Both the position numbers and the translations under genes were made by a program. The notes under the pieces were generated by a model. The model searched no databases, was not told the origin of the DNA, and was given only the letters and a program-made list of their open reading frames with translations. 19,378 nucleotides of DNA from a virus (Duplodnaviria; Heunggongvirae; Uroviricota; Caudoviricetes), in the IMG/VR virus record IMGVR_UViG_3300029337_000248, positions 1-19,378 of that record. One strand, given 5' to 3'. Positions 17,014 through 19,378 of the stretch are shown here, piece by piece (position 1 is the first letter of the stretch; each line of letters begins with the position of its first letter).

Positions 17014-17235
17014 CTAATTAAGGTTTAGATTGCATTCTGAAAGCGCATCAACGGTCATTGCTGCTATGTTGATCATCACTTTTTCGCGTTTTTTATCTTT
17101 GCGCAGACGGTGACGGATAAGGCGTCCATCAGCCAACATATCATTGATGGTATCGATGGATAGCCCTGTCAGCTCGCTATAGCGTTCAATAGTCACATGA
17201 GGCGTGGTAAGAGTGATTGAAATGTTAGGTCTCAT
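17014..17235 (-). CDS. apl: Apl/Cox-like excisionase and transcriptional regulator
   Basis: 73 aa HTH-containing protein, first gene of the minus-strand early operon and divergent from cI, as apl in 186; GAGGAA RBS upstream. Confidence 0.75.
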   Translation of the reverse strand: MRPNISITLTTPHVTIERYSELTGLSIDTINDMLADGRLIRHRLRKDKKREKVMINIAAMTVDALSECNLNLN

Positions 17236-17307
17236 GATGCAACATTCCTCGTTTAATGATGATTAATCAGGACGAATACGGATCGTTTGTATTTTGTGAA
17301 CACCATA

Positions 17308-17336
17308 AACATACGATCGCACAGTGAAATCGTCAA
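17308..17336 (-). promoter_or_regulatory. Candidate early lytic promoter (pR-like) for apl-cII
   Basis: Minus-strand TTGACG - 17 nt - TATGTT in the cI/apl intergenic region, oriented toward apl. Confidence 0.4.
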
Positions 17337-17354
17337 GATAAAAGTTCACTTGGA

Positions 17355-17930
17355 GTGACCATGAATTTGGAGAAAGGCGGACGAGGCGCCATAGAGCGCA
17401 TGGTAGAAGCTTATGGATTCAAGACTCGACAGGCGTTGTGCGATCATTTAGGAATCTCTAAAAGTACACTCGCCACACGCTACATGCGTGACTCATTCCC
17501 AGCAGAATGGGTAATCCAGTGCGCCCTTGAAACAGGCACCTCGCTTAATTGGCTCACAACCGGGCATGGTTCAAAGCAAACTTCAGGTAATACAAATACT
17601 ATGGAAGTTGCTAAATATGTATTATCTGATGGGGCCTTGTGTGAAGACGGTTTTTATATTTTCGATAGAGAATTTCTACCGTCGGCATTCAAGAATCTTT
17701 TTGTAATCACAGATAATAATTCTGAATTTATTTGTGATAAGGAATTTGATGATATACGTGATGGTAAATGGGTAATAAGTATTGATGGCGAAATAACGAT
17801 CCGTGACATTACTCGTTTACCCGGTGGAAGAATCTTCGTCGAGGGTGGAAACAGAGCCTTCGAATGTAAGATAGAAGACATTGAAATAATTGGTAAAATT
17901 ATAAGTTTAACAGTCAAGTATGTTAAATAG
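17355..17930 (+). CDS. cI: CI-like immunity repressor (186 CI family)
   Basis: 191 aa (186 CI is ~192 aa) with an N-terminal HTH region (QALCDHLGISKSTLATRYMR); divergent from apl and upstream of int; GGAG RBS. Confidence 0.85.
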   Translation: MTMNLEKGGRGAIERMVEAYGFKTRQALCDHLGISKSTLATRYMRDSFPAEWVIQCALETGTSLNWLTTGHGSKQTSGNTNTMEVAKYVLSDGALCEDGFYIFDREFLPSAFKNLFVITDNNSEFICDKEFDDIRDGKWVISIDGEITIRDITRLPGGRIFVEGGNRAFECKIEDIEIIGKIISLTVKYVK

Positions 17931-17945
17931 TACCGGGAGGAAATT

Positions 17946-18137
17946 ATGCTTGGTAAGGTATTTTTTGTGGTTTTGTCATGTTCTTTGTTATTAAACCCAC
18001 TAGCTACCTATGCTAGAAATTATCCCTGCTCAGGGAAAAAGGGAGGTGTTTCTCACTGTACCTCTGATGGCAAATTCGTTTGCAATGATGGAACTATTAG
18101 TAAATCCAAAAAAATCTGTACTAAAAACTCACGATAA
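17946..18137 (+). CDS. Small secreted cysteine-rich protein (63 aa precursor) between cI and int
   Basis: Strong RBS (GGGAGG, 7 nt spacing); N-terminal signal peptide ([23 protein letters not shown]) and a ~40 aa mature part with 4 Cys. Confidence 0.7.
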   Translation: MLGKVFFVVLSCSLLLNPLATYARNYPCSGKKGGVSHCTSDGKFVCNDGTISKSKKICTKNSR

Positions 18138-18325
18138 CTTTTGCTTTTATATCTGCGCCTAAAATAAAAATGAGCCACAGGTTAACCGCAAAAGTTACAT
18201 GATCACATAGCAAAAAGAATAGCCTACTTCATTATGGCTTCAGTGAGATGTATGGTCGCAGGATTTCATACATTGACACTGGTTATACATACAGTAAAAA
18301 TGCTCTCTATTGGAGGGCATTTTTT

Positions 18326-19378
18326 ATGGCTGTACGAAAACTCACCACAGGAAAATGGCTTTGCGAATGTTACCCCGCCGGACGTAGTGGGCGTCGTGTG
18401 CGTAAACAATTCGCCACCAAAGGCGAAGCACTGGCTTTTGAGCGTCACACGATGGAAGAAACCGAAGCAAAGCCCTGGCTAGGTGAATCAGTGGATCGTC
18501 GAACACTGAAAGACGTGGTTGAGCTATGGTTCAAACTACATGGTAAATCACTGACTGCTGGGCAGCATGTCTATGACAAATTGCTGCTGATGGTTGACGC
18601 TCTGGGCAATCCCCTTGCAACTGATCTCACCTCTAAAATGTTTGCCCACTATCGAGATAAACGCCTGACAGGTGAGATCTACTTCAGCGAGAAATGGAAG
18701 AAAGGAGCAAGCCCGGTCACCATTAACCTGGAGCAAAGCTATCTAAGTAGTGTTTTTAGCGAACTATCCCGCCTGGGCGAATGGTCGTATCCGAACCCAC
18801 TGGAGAACATGCGAAAATTCACCATCGCAGAAAAAGAGATGGCATGGCTTACCCATGAGCAGATTGTTGAATTACTGGCTGATTGCAAACGTCAGGACCC
18901 AATTCTGGCACTGGTAGTTAAGATATGCTTAAGCACAGGCGCACGCTGGCGAGAAGCCGTAAATCTTACTCGTTCACAGGTGACCAAATACCGAATTACC
19001 TTTGTAAGAACGAAGGGGAAGAAAAACAGAAGCATCCCTATCAGTAAAGAGCTTTACGAAGAGATCATGGCGCTTGATGGGTTCAATTTCTTCACAGACT
19101 GCTATTTTCAATTTTTATCCGTGATGGAAAAAACGTCTATCGTGCTCCCTCGCGGTCAACTCACACACGTTCTGCGCCATACGTTTGCGGCGCACTTCAT
19201 GATGTCGGGTGGAAACATTCTGGCCTTACAAAAAATTCTCGGACACCACGATATAAAAATGACTATGCGTTACGCACATCTGGCACCGGATCATCTGGAA
19301 ACGGCGCTCCGTTTCAATCCTCTGGCAACGCTGCCAAGTGGCGACAAAGTGGCGGCAGCGGTTGGCATTACCCCGTAA
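18326..19378 (+). CDS. int: Tyrosine integrase (P2/186 Int family)
   Basis: 350 aa from the Met at 18326 (MAVRKLTTGKW...), preceded by GGAGG; catalytic signature residues in order (...GARWREA..., ...HVLRHTFAAH..., ...MRYAHL...); located at the prophage end next to cI. Confidence 0.9.
   Translation: MAVRKLTTGKWLCECYPAGRSGRRVRKQFATKGEALAFERHTMEETEAKPWLGESVDRRTLKDVVELWFKLHGKSLTAGQHVYDKLLLMVDALGNPLATDLTSKMFAHYRDKRLTGEIYFSEKWKKGASPVTINLEQSYLSSVFSELSRLGEWSYPNPLENMRKFTIAEKEMAWLTHEQIVELLADCKRQDPILALVVKICLSTGARWREAVNLTRSQVTKYRITFVRTKGKKNRSIPISKELYEEIMALDGFNFFTDCYFQFLSVMEKTSIVLPRGQLTHVLRHTFAAHFMMSGGNILALQKILGHHDIKMTMRYAHLAPDHLETALRFNPLATLPSGDKVAAAVGITP

Larger units (their letters stand above)
2773..19378. 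mobile_element. P2/186-family prophage remnant (cryptic, large internal deletion); left junction approximate, right end beyond the window
   Basis: Contiguous P2-family gene set in canonical relative order and orientation: ogr-like, D, U, T fragment, P fragment, Q, cos-like site, A, cII, apl, cI, int. Left boundary placed between the ybjL terminator and the ogr stop; exact att core not identified. Confidence 0.85.

Noticed and set aside
16822-17028. 68 aa plus-strand ORF over the cII 5' end
   Set aside because: Antisense to cII, which matches 186 CII in length and sequence.
17654-17917. 87 aa minus-strand ORF inside cI
   Set aside because: Antisense to the repressor gene.
18234-18736. ORFs 18234-18482 (+), 18266-18448 (-), 18548-18736 (-) and the 5' extension of the integrase ORF (18248-18325)
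   Set aside because: The integrase has a good RBS at the internal Met (18326) and a family-typical N-terminus; the others are alternative-frame or antisense overlaps.

Overview
The window runs from a conserved E. coli-type chromosomal block (grxA, ybjM, ybjL; 1-2620) into a P2/186-family prophage that occupies the rest of the window and continues past its right edge. The prophage is in reverse orientation relative to the canonical P2 map: ogr/B-like late activator, tail genes D and U, a C-terminal tape-measure fragment joined head-to-head to an N-terminally truncated terminase large subunit, portal Q, a cos-like site, replication initiator A, a Dam-like methyltransferase, a 186-type switch region (cII, apl, cI) and a tyrosine integrase. 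The whole capsid, lysis and tail morphogenesis block is missing, so this is a cryptic remnant that still keeps cos, replication and integration functions. The most interesting region is the AT-rich cargo between portal Q and cos (7975-9853, minus strand): a translationally coupled three-gene operon encoding a GHKL-type (histidine-kinase-like) ATPase with an unassigned N-terminal domain, a ~106 aa STAS-like protein, and a ~165 aa single-pass membrane protein. It sits in the A-cos-Q variable locus that P2-like phages are known to use for anti-phage cargo, and I cannot match it to any named defence system, so I flag it as a candidate undescribed partner-switch-like defence or abortive-infection module. 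Other items of note are two lipoprotein genes on the other side of cos preceded by a terminator-like hairpin, CATG-rich repeats and an inverted-repeat-flanked ~186 bp segment around cos, and a small secreted cysteine-rich peptide gene between cI and int. I found no rRNA, tRNA or CRISPR array by eye. All homology statements come from reading the translations and from memory of the protein families; no database search was run.
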